Made by a program: the position numbers and the translations under genes. Below are positions 23,596-36,200 of a stretch of 64,000 nucleotides of DNA, in pieces. The notes under the pieces are model-generated. The model saw only the letters and a list, made by a program, of their open reading frames with translations, made no database searches and was not told where the DNA came from. The stretch comes from Amoebophrya sp. A120 (Eukaryota; Protista; Dinoflagellata). The number at the start of each line of letters is the position of its first letter. Positions within the stretch are counted from its first letter, which is position 1. The DNA is taken from NCBI GenBank assembly GCA_905178155.1, contig CAJINV010000011.1, positions 2,251,331 to 2,315,330 on the forward strand. The letters are read 5' to 3'.

Positions 23596-24249
23596 AGCAT
23601 CAGTAGTTCGACTTGACGTAGAGAAATCAGTATTCATCGTATTAATTGTGTATCTGGAGCAGGATAGAGGCTCCACCTCAAGACGCAGGCTAGATAGTGG
23701 AGGCTAGTAGCTATTCCATACAGGCAGCGCAGGGTCTCAATGAGGTTTTTGGTAAAAAGGTTTTTGGTAAAAAGTTTTGGTAAGAAGAAAGGTTTTTGGT
23801 AAAGCGTTTAGCGTTTGCAAAAAGGTTTTTGGTAAAAAATTTCAGTTATCTCTACTTACACTAATCATGCCTGACGAACGCAAACCTGTTTTAAGGCCGA
23901 CGTGGTGGCTAGGGTTGCCTCACTGCTGCGCCGAGCCCAGACTGACAACTAGGCCGGGGATTTGTATCATCGCGGGGGGAGGACAAGTTCACTGCTAGCG
24001 CCCCTACTAAAAATTCCTAAGCGTGGCCAAGTTTTAGCCCATGAATAGCTCCGGCTGCACTCTCAAAGTTCCGGAATGCAACCACCCTCCGCCACCCGCC
24101 TGACCTGACCTGACAACTCCTATCCTAACTGTAGCTATGCTAAAATAAAGGTAGTTCGCTTTACTATACAAGCGCAACTAGTATTAGTGGTCGGGTTCAG
24201 TAGTTTTCGTGTGCCTGACAATTGAAAAAAAGAAGTGCCAATTTGAAGT

Positions 24250-24670
24250 TTGCAGGCCAGAGTACCACGCGTGGCGTAGCACACATTGTACGATATTTTT
24301 GTGGAGCTGATGCAGCTGCATGGAGAACGCAAATCCCGGCGAGTAGTCTCTTTGTGAGTAGAGCAGGAGAGGAATTTATTCGGTGTAGACACTGCAAGCA
24401 GCACAAGTACCGATTTCAACATGACGGCAACTGTATACAAGTTCCTGAAACCAGCCAGCAACTGCATCAACTTGGGTGGATTGTGGGCGCGACGCGAAAA
24501 CACGAAGAGCGGTGCAAGGAGAAGAAGAACAAAAAACGGCCGGAAGAAAGCGAGGAGGTGGTCCTGGAGGGTGTCAATGCCGAAGAAGCAGCCCTAGTTG
24601 CTGCTGTGCCGAACAACTAAAACAGTTCTCTTTCAAACCCTTTACTGGGTAACATCATCATCGTCATCGT
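24250..24670 (+). mobile_element. Probable 5'-truncated LINE 3' end
   Basis: Present only in copy 2 (compare 11320-11340). Open frame with CRHC...HEERC, then a short UTR ending in a CATCATCATCGTCATCG tail. Confidence 0.55.
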
Positions 24671-25360
24671 ATATCGGAAACTGTTTGATTCTTTATATTT
24701 GTTTTCGCATTCCAAGGAATGTCATTAACATTACTGCTCCTTTTTCTGAGTCAAGTTTTGCCGGAGCGCCTTGAAAGCCAGAAACAGGGAACAAGAGCAT
24801 TGTGGAACGGAAAGTGTACAATGGAAATGTCGAATGCACATTGCGGCGCAACTCTATAAATGTAGCAGTTGAAACAGGTATAGAATCACTTGCGTCGCGA
24901 CGGAGCACTCCGAGACAGACTACGGGCAAGCGTGTTCTTCATTCCTTGTGGCGCAGGTGGCCGTGTTACTGCACTGTCATCAGACTGACGTTCCGTGCCT
25001 TTGGCTTCGAGGGTGAGGAGCGAGGGTGGAACCATGCTAGTCGATAAGTGGTTTGGCTTGGGATTCGTGCGAAAGTGACGAGAGGGAATTTCGTTCACGG
25101 TTCTCGAGGAATACACTACTATTTTTCGATGCACGTACTCTATTCACGACGCGTGACCGTCGTCTTCGTGACACGTTTGTAATACTTGTTGGACTCCCAC
25201 TCCCTGTCCCGTAATAGATGGAGGCACTTCATATCCGGTGAGAAGGCTTTCGACGGCCAGCAGCATCCATTCATGACGCTTAGGATTCTAGATTTTTTTA
25301 CGGATCATGTGAAATTGAAAGTCATCAAATAAAGTGGAGGCGAGTTTCAAAACTATTAAC

Positions 25361-26138
25361 ATGACTGCGTCAACACATCACCTCGAGGGCCTGCTGCAAG
25401 ATCTGTGGGCGGCGGTGTTCTCCACAAGTTTCACCCCTGCATCAAGTCATCTCCCCGTTTCGCCACTGTTCTCCCCACACAATCGAGCCTCGACCGCTTC
25501 TTCTCACGACGCCAGTGCTCGTCTTCATCACATCAAACTCGTTTCACCATCAACATCGTTTGACCAGCTGGAACCCCTCGTGCCGGAAAAGGGTCATCCG
25601 CAATTTCCGAACGTCTCAGACCCCCTGCAGATGAAAATGCAGCTGCAGCGGCCCGTTCTCTGCTATCGTATGCATCGCAAAAGTAATATCGCACCCGTCG
25701 TACAACTACTTGGAGCGGTTATGCATGATGACAAATCTGCTTCCTAAAAAGGTAAACCAGCATGACAATAAGCTCCCGTACTCATGCTGAAAAAAAATTG
25801 TATTTATGAAATTTTTACTGTTGTACACCATTATACTTTTCCACTGCATATACCCAGTTCTGGAGCAACCTGTTCGGTCGGCGCGGGACGGCTTCGCCCT
25901 CAACGCCGCGGTACAGGCCCAGGCGGAGCGCAAACAAGTGGCCCTGCAGGCGGGGCCAGACACATCAGCACTACCGGACGTGGACCAAGCGGGGGCGAGC
26001 GCGCGCCAGGGAGGCGGCGGACACAGCTCTGCCGGAGAAACAAGCGCTGGGGCGGCACCACTGGGCGCTGCCGCGGGGACGAGTGGGGATGCGAACGTAG
26101 CAGCTGGAGGCAGTGCTGCGAGTGCTGCTGCGGGTTGA
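25361..26138 (+). CDS. Small hypothetical protein, 2 exons (25361-25668, 25856-26138), copy 2
   Basis: Homologue of 11998-12733 with in-frame indels and the same intron position. Confidence 0.55.
25669..25850. mobile_element. Introner, family A (same site as 12261-12445)
   Basis: TATGCATCGCAAAAGTA...TACTTTTCCACTGCATA; direct repeat decayed to TATCG/TACCC. Confidence 0.8.
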
Positions 26139-27250
26139 AGAAGCAAAACCGACGTCGGTGAACCGAGAAGAACTCTGGTGCCAGCCGTGTTGTTTCGAAA
26201 GGACGAAGATTAGTAAGTCTGCCAGCTTTATTCCGACACGGAGCAGTTGTTTCTGTACATCGTATTTCTGTTTTCTGCACCGAGCAAGAGCATCATCGTC
26301 GTTGTGAGTGCCCAACACGTCGGATTGCCAAATAACGCAGGGTTTTTTCTTTTCTTTGTTTCACTGAATGAATAAAGCGATTCTTGGAAGGCAGCTATTT
26401 TCATCACCGTCTGATACTTAGTGGTCTTGTAGGAATATCAAGAATCAACAGCGCAACAGGAAAAAACTACAGAATTTTTCTGAGGACCCTTCCTCAGTTG
26501 GCATTCACGACCTCCTGACCACCTCATCCATGAGCCTGTGTTTATTCAACAATCATCGTCCGGTTGGAAAACGAAACCGATGTCGTATTTTCTCGTGCCC
26601 ACGAGGCAATCAAAGGTCGTACTGCAGTTGCAAAGTGGTATCGGCGGGCGACTGGCGGAGTGATGTTCTGAGTAGGTAGTCTGTCTCTAGTACCATCTGT
26701 GTCTCTGATGTTTCTTGGCAGTTTCGTCTGTTGAGGCGTCTAGGATGTGTCGCACCTAGATTCTACTTACTTGACTCAATCCATGGAGTGTCATCTCTAC
26801 TGCCACTGCTAAGATGGATCTTGCTTGTAATCAAGCGGTCATTTGCCTCGTAGGGCGGTAGTTGCCGACACTGGTACCCACTATGACGAGAATAATAAAT
26901 AGCTTAAGCTTCCACTGGATACGGATTCAAAAAAGAAATCAAAAATCGGTCGTTGAAGATTGAAGTGGGCCTCCATAGCAAATTTTCCACCCCTGAATCA
27001 CATTCATGCCATGTGGCGGTTTACAGTCGAACAAGAACTTGAAGTGATATGTAAATGTTGTTTTGTAATGGACAACCATGAGTGCTATTTCCGTCTGCGC
27101 CGGCATTGCGATGCCGAGAAAATAGCGTGCGGGAAAGAGGCTGAAAAGCAGCAGTGGTCCCTGCTGCTATAACAAGCGATGGGCGCAGAAGGTGGGTCAC
27201 GATAGCACAACACGGCGACCGAATCGTCCCAAGCGTCGCGTCGGTCCACC

Positions 27251-30200
27251 ATGACGGAGGAGCTGGTTCACAAGCTCGCACACAACCTGCCCGAGGTGCG
27301 CGATCGCGCGCTACGAAATCTGGCGTCAAAGGTAAGTATATCCCTTGCTCCTGCGTCTGCACGTTCAAACGTCGAGGACGCATTCTGCAATTCTGCAAGT
27401 CAATTATACGACCATTTTTTTACATCACGATATCTACTTCGTGTACTTCACCATGAAACTACACGCAGGTCGAAGTCGGGCTTTTGACCCCGGACCTGAT
27501 ATGTCAGGAGGTGCCGGGCAGTGTGCAATGTATTTTGCACTGGATCAACGAGCGACAGGGCGGCGCGGACCCGGAGCTGATTCAGAAGGCGCTGAAGCTC
27601 ATCGCGGTGCTCGCTGCCAGTTCCCCCGTGAACCTGGACGTGTGCCTCCAGGCGGGCGCACTGCAATTTCTCGAGGACTTTGCGGACCAATCGCAGGCCA
27701 GCAAAACAATGGCCACCCAGATCCAGACGACCATCGACACCTTGTTGCGCGTCCCCGGGGCTGGGGGCGCAGGGCTGGTGAAAAACCACAGAGCTGCTGG
27801 CACGTCTTCCAGCAGCACTAGGCCGAAAGAGGAGCCAGAAGCCGGCTGGGCGCAGTCCTATCCGAGCAGCTACCGCTGTGGATCGCGGAACTACAGCCAC
27901 AGCAAGAGCCCGGCGGCAGACGAGATGACGAATAATTCGCCACCAGGCGATCATCTACAGCCGGCAGGTGTGTTGATGTCACTATCGCCCACAAATAACG
28001 GAACCGCTACAGCGGAACAAATTGCGGACGATCTACTGTTCAGTAGTGGGAGCAGGCAGCCGCATGATGCGCATCTTCAACCTGGAAGAAATAAACCTGC
28101 TGATCCAGCGACAACGATGATAAACGGCAGGAGCAGGAACAATACTAATGCAACCTCTTCGAGCAGCAGTAACGAGCTCCCCTACATCTTTCTTTCTGAA
28201 CAGGATGAGAAGCAGTTGTTCGACCTTTCCGTGCGGTTGAAGTTTGCGGATCTACGGCAGGTGGCAGAAACTTGTCGCGAGCTGCGGTGCCGCCTGTGCG
28301 ATTACCCGCCCCAGGTGTTCCTCACTAGACCGCACATCTTCGACGCGCTAGGAGCCGTATTGTCGGGAAACGTGGACTGTCGGAGGTGTGCTTTTGTTTT
28401 TCTATTGCAATTGCATTTGCCAGGACCAGGAGTCGCACCCCTGTTGACTTTCGATGATGTGCTGGAAGGAAAGAATGTATAGACAGATCGGACAGTTTAC
28501 ATTTTGGAAAAAATCCCTCGCAGCTTCCTCCCCGCTATCTTCGATTGCTACCTCACTTTCCACCGGTACCTCCTTCTCGAGCTCTACGGCGATTTTCTGC
28601 TGGGATTCGAGGACCTGTGGCTCCCGGACAGCACGTTCCCCGCGATGTGGTTGCACCGTGCGGGGGAGGGGGTGCAGTACGACGTGCCGTTCGCGCACCT
28701 CCACCGGGTGCTGGTGCCGGTGTTGGAGGCCGGGGTCAAGTACGCGGAAGCGGTGCCCTACTGTTCGCGCCTGCTGTTCTGGCTGTTGCCCCTGTACGCG
28801 AGCAACGCGCACGCGGAGCAGCATCTGCTGCAGTATAGAGGGATTGATGTAGTTTCAGTTTGTTTTTTTCAAGAAAATCACGTCACATTGTGTATTTTGA
28901 AGAGCGTTCATGAAAAAGAACTGCTGCAACATCGTTAGTCCAGCGCATCTCCTTGTTCAAATCGAACAACATCAAAACCAGGTACTCCAACCTGATCGCC
29001 GATATGCTAAAATCCCATTTCCGGGGGTGTGGCCGCGATGTGAAGGAGATGAGCCAGGTGCGGGCGTGGTTCGGGCAACCCGCCAGTATCGACGACGGGC
29101 GGCTGGATTGGAGCGACGTGCAGCTGCGGACCTTCGACTGGACTCCGCTGCACCTGATTCTGTTCGACACGGCGTGTCTGTACCTCCAGACCTTCCGGAA
29201 AGTGTTTTTGAAGGAGGTGCACATCACGAAAGCGCAGTCCTCCACCGCGAAGAAGAAAACGGCGCTTCCCTTCATCGAGTCGGTCGGCCGGATGGCGTAT
29301 GAACTGCAAAAGCATCTTCGTACTAGTACGTATCTACAACGGGCGGGCGCTCCGCGCCCGCCGGCCCGGCGACGAGGGGGTGCAAGGGGGAGCGACGGGA
29401 AAAGAGCCAGGCGGCCAGTGGCCAACGCCACATGCTCAAACTATGTTAGCGCGATAAGCGAAAAGGAGAAACGGCAGCGCCCCCGGGCTTCCCCCCCGGC
29501 GGGAGCGACAGGAGTGTAGGTAGAGAGAAGGCCGCGAGGCGGGAGGGGCGGTAGGGAGCGCACAGCGCGGCCCCTGTCCAAGCCTCCACAAACAGGCCCG
29601 GCGGAGAGCGTGCGCAGACCCTTTGCGAAGGCTCGGGGGGCTAGCCACCCGAAGCAGAACGAAAGGAGCGCGCCGAGGGCCGAAAGACAAGAAACCGAAC
29701 CCGGCCAGCACCAAGCAAAAATAAAGCACAGCAGGCAGGGCCGCGGCGGAAAGGCAGGGGGGGCGCTGCGTGTGGCTCTTGCCAGAAGCGAGACAGACCA
29801 AAAGAAAAGAGCAAGCAGGCCAAAGTGAAAGCCCACCCACTGCCGGGGACGAGGCAAAAAGCGTTGGAAGCGAAAGGAGAAGGGGGCGGGCCGCAAAGAA
29901 ACCGAAAACACGCCGGGAAACCCAAAGCAAGGAAACAAGGCAAAATCAGGCAGCCCCGGCGCGGCCGAAGAGCCCCCGTGGTCGGCAGTGCGCACGCGAC
30001 CAAGCCCGGCCTGTAGAGCCACAGGCGGCGGAGAAAGGCGCAAACTGGCGCCACATCCCTCGCAACAGGGGTGGAAGGGGAAGGGGCGCCAGAATGAAGA
30101 TCGACTCCAGCCCGGGGCAGCCAAGCGCGAACCGCAACGCATCTAAGCCAAGGCCAAGGGCCCAGCCCACGGCCGGCAGGTCCGGAGTCCACACGAGGGC

Positions 30201-33200
30201 CGGGTAGCGCGCTGCCGCCTGGCTGCGGCCCCACCGAGGCTCTTTTATTTTGCCCCCCCCCCGAGCGAGTTTCCCAATTTGGCGGGTTTTCTCACTAGTG
30301 TTTTCGCTTTCCCCAAAATCGGTTTTTTTGTCACTAGTGGCTCCACTAGTGGGCGCCTTCACTAGTGGCGCCTGTCACTAGTACCTTCCCCGTTTTTTTG
30401 TGACGCTAAAAACACTAGCAGGATTTCTACTAGTGCCCGTTTTTCTGCTAGCACGATTCTACTAGCAGGATTCCTACTAGTAGCTTGCAACCCCGCGCCC
30501 GCCAGAATTTTTGAATTAGTATTACTATCTAAACTGCAGCAGCTGGTGAAAAATGCATGCGAGGGGTATGTTCTGGGGTATGTTCGGGGGTATGACAGGG
30601 GTATGCAAACGGCCGTCAATCACGGGCGGACTACAATTTTTTGGCGAAAAAGCAACAGGTGGGGTATAAACATACCCCAGACACACCCCAGACACACCCC
30701 AGACATACCCCAGACAGACCCCCGAACACACCCCAGGCAAAAAGTCCGAACATACCCCAGACACACCCCGGATACACCCCGGGCAGACTTTCCGACACAC
30801 CCCGGGCAGACTTTCGGACACACCCCGGACACATTTTCGGACTTCGCCGCGCGAGATGTGCAACGCCGGGCTCCAGATTGTCACGCGAGCCGCGAGGGAG
30901 CCTGTGGAGCTTCCCGGGCCCCATGGGCAAGGCCCAGGGGCGGGCGAAAGGCGCCCTCGGGCAGCGCGGGGACCCGGTCCCCGCGTCATGACCTGGGGGC
31001 CAGCTTTGGGCATGGGCGCTTCCCGGACACCGTACGGCTCAGGGGCAAAAGCCCTAGGTCAGCGCGGGGACTCGGTCCCCGCGTCATGACCTAGGGGCCA
31101 GCTTTGGGCGCTTCCCGGATGGAAACTAACCGCGCGGCCGAGGGGCAAAAGCCCTAGGTCAGCGCGGGGACTCGGTCCCCGCGTCATGACCTAGGGGCCA
31201 GCTTTGGGCGCTTCCCGGATGGAAACTAACCGCGCGGCCGAGGGGCAAAAGCCCTAGGTCAGCGCGGGGACTCGGTCCCCGCGTCATGACCTAGGGGCCA
31301 GCTTTGGGCGCTTCCCGGAAACTAACCGCACGGCCCAGGGGCAAAAGCCCTAGGTCAGCGCGGGGACTCGGTCCCCGCGTCATGACCTAGGGGCCAGCTT
31401 TGGGCGCTTCCCGGAAACTAACCGCACGGCCCAGGGGCAAAAGCCCTAGGTCAGCGCGGGGACTCGGTCCCCGCGTCATGACCTAGGGGCCAGCTTTGGG
31501 CGCTTCCCGGAAACTAACCGCACGGCCCAGGGGCAAAAGCCCTAGGTCAGCGCGGGGACTCGGTCCCCGCGTCATGACCTAGGGGCCAGCTTTGGGCGCT
31601 TCCCGGAAACTAACCGCACGGCCCAGGGGCAAAAGCCCTAGGTCAGCGCGGGGACTCGGTCCCCGCGTCATGACCTAGGGGCCAGCTTTGGGCGCTTCCC
31701 GGAAACTAACCGCACGGCCCAGGGGCAAAAGCCCTAGGTCAGCGCGGGGACTCGGTCCCCGCGTCATGACCTAGGGGCCAGCTTTGGGCGCTTCCCGGAA
31801 ACTAACCGCACGGCCCAGGGGCAAAAGCCCTAGGTCAGCGCGGGGACTCGGTCCCCGCGTCATGACCTAGGGGCCAGCTTTGGGCGCTTCCCGGAAACTA
31901 ACCGCACGGCCCAGGGGCAAAAGCCCTAGGTCAGCGCGGGGACTCGGTCCCCGCGTCATGACCTAGGGGCCAGCTTTGGGCGCTTCCCGGAAACTAACCG
32001 CACGGCCCAGGGGCAAAAGCCCTAGGTCAGCGCGGGGACTCGGTCCCCGCGTCATGACCTAGGGGCCAGCTTTGGGCGCTTCCCGGAAACTAACCGCACG
32101 GCCCAGGGGCAAAAGCCCTAGGTCAGCGCGGGGACTCGGTCCCCGCGTCATGACCTAGGGGCCAGCTTTGGGCGCTTCCCGGAAACTAACTAACCGTCCG
32201 CACGGCCCAGGGGCCAAAGCCCTAGGTCAGCGCGGGGACTTGGTCCCCGCGTCATGACCTACGGGCCAGCTACAGATCCGGCGCCAGCTTCCTCCTTTCT
32301 GTTCTCTTTGTTCGCGGTAGGTCAACGGGTCTAGTGTGGGCAAGCAGAGGGGCTCCGTCCGCAGATCTGTCGCGGATCAGGGGACACAGGCCACACAGAG
32401 ACACCGGGCTGCAGGGGCCTGCCTGCCCAGTGCCACCGCAACCCCGGAACTCGTCCCAGACAAATGCCGGAAGGTCGTCGCACGGGGACTCTGTCCCCGT
32501 GCTCGGACCTTGTTATAGATGCAGCATCTTCGTACTAGTGCGTAGTGATTGCAATACAAATTTTCTCAGCATTAGAAATGGAATTTGTAATGCGGATTTG
32601 CCTGAGCATCTGGATTTGTAATGCATAACTGCAATTTATTAGTACGAGTGCCATACTTTTGCATTGCATATGGCGGAATTCTTGAAGATCTGGCTCTTCG
32701 ACCACCGCTTATATTTCGAGCGGCCGGAAAAGTTCGGGCTGCTGTTTGCCATCGTGTCGAAGATCTGGCCGACCGAGGGTGACGAGTACCGGGCGCTGGA
32801 ATCTCTACTCGATGCGGTGTTGAAGTTCAACACGAAACCTTTGGACGAGGTCGGAGGGGGGGCCGCACCAGGCGGAGGTGGTGCACCGACGGCAGGAGCA
32901 TCTTCTCTCCAGAAACGCACAACCAGTCACAACAAACCCCCGCCCGCCGTCGAGCTGCTCCCCATGGGCCGGGTGGCGTCCAGGGGGAATCGCGTCGCTA
33001 TTTCGCACACCGGAGACGTGGTCAGCAGCTTTCGGGAGCACGTTTCCTCCTACGTGACAACCATCGTAGATCCGGAAGATTTTTACAACAATAATAACTC
33101 CAGAAGTTGTACGACTTCAGTACGGCCGCGCGGAAATGTCAATCGAAGTGTCGCCCGCGGTAGCGGAAACAATTTGTCACCTGGTGGTCAAGAACTCAAC

Positions 33201-36200
33201 ACGACCGGCGAACTGCAGCAGCGGGCGCTTTCCGCGGACGTGCTTGCGGGGGTGAATGGGAGCTCTCAGGCGGACGATTTGGACAATTACGCCACAAAGT
33301 TGAACTTCCTGTCACGAAGGATTTACCTGTCGCTGTTGACGAAAGACGGACACAAACCACTGGTGGACGTACCGGCGGAGTTGTTGCCGATTGCCCTGGA
33401 GTTGATGCAAATGCAGGAACTGGACCTGACGGATGCATGTACTTCTTTATTTTCGTTGGATTTCGCATGTGATGTATTTTTTTTTTACAAAAGATAAAAT
33501 AGAAATACTACATTGGTAATAACTTTCGGAAAAATGAAAATCACTTTTTTTTTCCCTCCACCTTGGAGCGAACAACTGCCATTATCACCTCTCTTGTCAG
33601 CCGTCGCCCTGTGGAAGTCCGCCGTGGAACTCTGCACGCAGCTCGCCGTCTGCCCCGTCCCCGATGTGCACAAGAGTTTTTTGGAAATGCTGGAAAAAAC
33701 CACCGCACTGCTCCCCGCCCTGTTCACCAACGAGAAGTTTCTCGTAGACGCGCTGCTGCACATGCAACGGGGCGAGGACTGTTTCGGGCGGTTCTGCGCC
33801 TTGATTCAAGAGCACGCAGGGAAGATTCAATCGCCGAAGTTGTTGGACTTTGCGGACCTGTTCATGGGACAAAACAGCTGCGCCGCGGGGTCCGCACAGG
33901 CGTCCGCGAGACGGCTGTTTCTGCGCGACGCGGCGCAGCGGAAAAAGCAGGCGCTGGTACTAAGGGATGCTGTACTGGTTTTGCACGTAAATGCTCTGTC
34001 GTGCACAAAGACTCATATTTGGCTTTATTTGAATCTCCTTCCCAAAAGTAGGCCATGCAACTACTATATCGACACGAATTTTTTTTGTCCACACGTAAAC
34101 CCGCACCACAGATGATCTGGCAGTGTCAAATTCTCGCCGCACCGGAGTACGACAAAAACTCGCTGGAATTCATCACCGACCCGCTCGACGCCACGGTCTC
34201 TTCGCTCTCCTCGCAAGACGGGGACACGCTGTCTCTCCGCCAGCTGTACTGCTTCGAACAGTACTTCCTCGACAAACTTTCCGTCCGGGAATCCGAGTTC
34301 TCCCACGTGGCCGAGGTCCTTGAAAACGACAATCTGGATGCGAACATTCGCAAGGCGGCCGCCAGCCAGTTTGTGACGTTTCTCGTCTCCGACAAAAGGG
34401 TCGTGAACATGCTGAAGGAGCGCGGCGGGTCGGTTTTGTCCTGCCTGGTGCAGAATTTTCGGGACACGGAAAATCTGGACTTCTACAACCAGCTCTGCGA
34501 AGCGTTGGCAGTGTTACTGCTGAACTTCAACAAGGACCACTTCATCGGGGCGTTGCTCCGCGACAAAACGCTAGTACAGCACGCGTTTCCCGTTGCGCTG
34601 GCCCGCGCCTTCCACAAGGAGCCGCTCACGCGCCTGCGGAGTCTGCAGGTCTTAGCCGCGTTGCTTTTCGACGAGAGTTTCCTGTTCCCGCAGGGGCGCC
34701 TGGCGTCGGCGGGCGCGGACGAGAAGAGTGTACTAGTAGTTCCTCGCACGACAACCGAAGCTAGTACGAGAACTGCGGAGATGAAAGCAAGTAAGACCAA
34801 CACGCCGGCGTCGCTGTCCATCCCGCCCTGGTTCCAAGAGAGGTTTCAGGTGCCAGTGCAGATCGAAGTGTGCGAACCGGTGGTGTCTTCCGGCGTGCAG
34901 TTTTGGCAAGCGCGCCCCAGTCCGCGCGTGCTGGCCCTGTGTCAGGTGTACCAGCTGCAGGAGGGACTCGGTGCGGAATCGCCGGTGTGGAACAAACTCG
35001 CGCTGGACTCACCGGAATCATTCGCGACGGAGAAGGTAGAATTTTGTAAATGAACACGTTTTCTTCACTGCGTGCTGAATCTTCCGCGTTTTCTGGTAAT
35101 AATTTCACCGCTTAAAGAAAGTAGTACAAGATGAGCAGCTTCCGCGGAAACGATGCATGCTGAATGCTGGTACTAAATTATGCAGCGTTGCACGAGAAAT
35201 TAATAGTATCATCATCATTCTTTAGGTTTTCCGCGAAGTCGAGTGCGTTTCTTCCCCGGATTTCGCCCTCCGCGTGCTTGAAGACCCGGTCTACGGCGCT
35301 CGGTTACGCAGCATCCTGAGCCAGACCACCACCGACAGCAACGAGCAACACGTCTCCTGCATGGATCACGTCCGGTCTCTGCTGGAAGCCTGCGTCTGCG
35401 GCCGCAGCTACTTGTCTTCCAACTTCCTCGAGGCCCAAACCAGCGCGTTGTGGGACGTGTTGGCCTTGCACGCCATGCCGGTCTTCCGGCGGATGGCGGG
35501 GGACATGTCGAATGTGGACTTTGACGAGAAGTTCATTCTGTCTCTGCTCAGGCTATTGACCGCCTTGGGTCACGTCAGGTCTTTGGTTTCGTCCGCGACA
35601 TCAAGTAGAGCTACCACAGGATCCGCTGTAATTGCGCGAACCACGCCGGCGGCTGGGAGCCCTTTGCAGGACGTGGTCCAGCAGCAGCCGCAGGCATCGT
35701 CGCCTTTAATAGTGCCGGTCGTATCCGACCTGCTCGGCCCGGCGCTCGACGATTTGTTACGCAGGTCTCGGCTAGATGTGGAGGTCAGACGGTACGGCTT
35801 GCGCGTGGCCGCACTGTACAACATTGACCTGACGGCCGCCGCGGCCGAGTTCCTCGGCGCCAGCACCTGTTTGATTGCCAACAGCTACCAGGAATCCGTC
35901 GACATCGTCGCCAGCTTGCATTTGGTGTCCAAACTGCGCAGCGCTAGTCTCGCGGTCAATAGCAGCGCATTTTCTTCGGGTGCGGCACAGCACCTTCAAC
36001 AACAGCAGCTGAAAACGAGAAGTTCCGCTTCGTCTCCGGCCTACTTGGCAAATAGCGGAGGGATAAACAAAGCGACTGTTCTGCTGAACCAAGCTTTCGG
36101 GTACCTGTCGCACCCGTCTGGCCTGGTTCAAGGGGCGTGCTGGCGCTGTCTCGAGGCGGTGTTCGTCGCGAGTGCGGCGTATCAAAGGCAAAAATATCTG

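Larger units (their letters stand above)
12762..26166 (+). repeat. Second copy of the segmental duplication (first copy ~2800-12761)
   Basis: ~2950-6960 and ~12910-16917 look identical (offset 9957; identical ORF translations). 8433-12761 and 21420-26166 are colinear but visibly diverged. Confidence 0.93.
29298..32670. mobile_element. Introner, family A, enlarged by a nested insertion
   Basis: TATGAACTGCAAAAG...CTTTTGCATTGCATA; direct repeat TGGCG at 29293-29297 and 32671-32675. Removal gives ..GRMA|EFLKIW.. in frame. Confidence 0.85.

Noticed and set aside
28825-28928. CTGCTGCA direct repeat as an intron boundary
   Set aside because: Removing 96 bp runs into TAG at 28936; a GT-AG intron at ~28833-28918 fits the frame instead.
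29436-31094. Overlapping 100-230 aa ORFs on both strands in the nested insertion
   Set aside because: GC-rich, stop-poor, low-complexity DNA with no recognisable transposase or RT motif.
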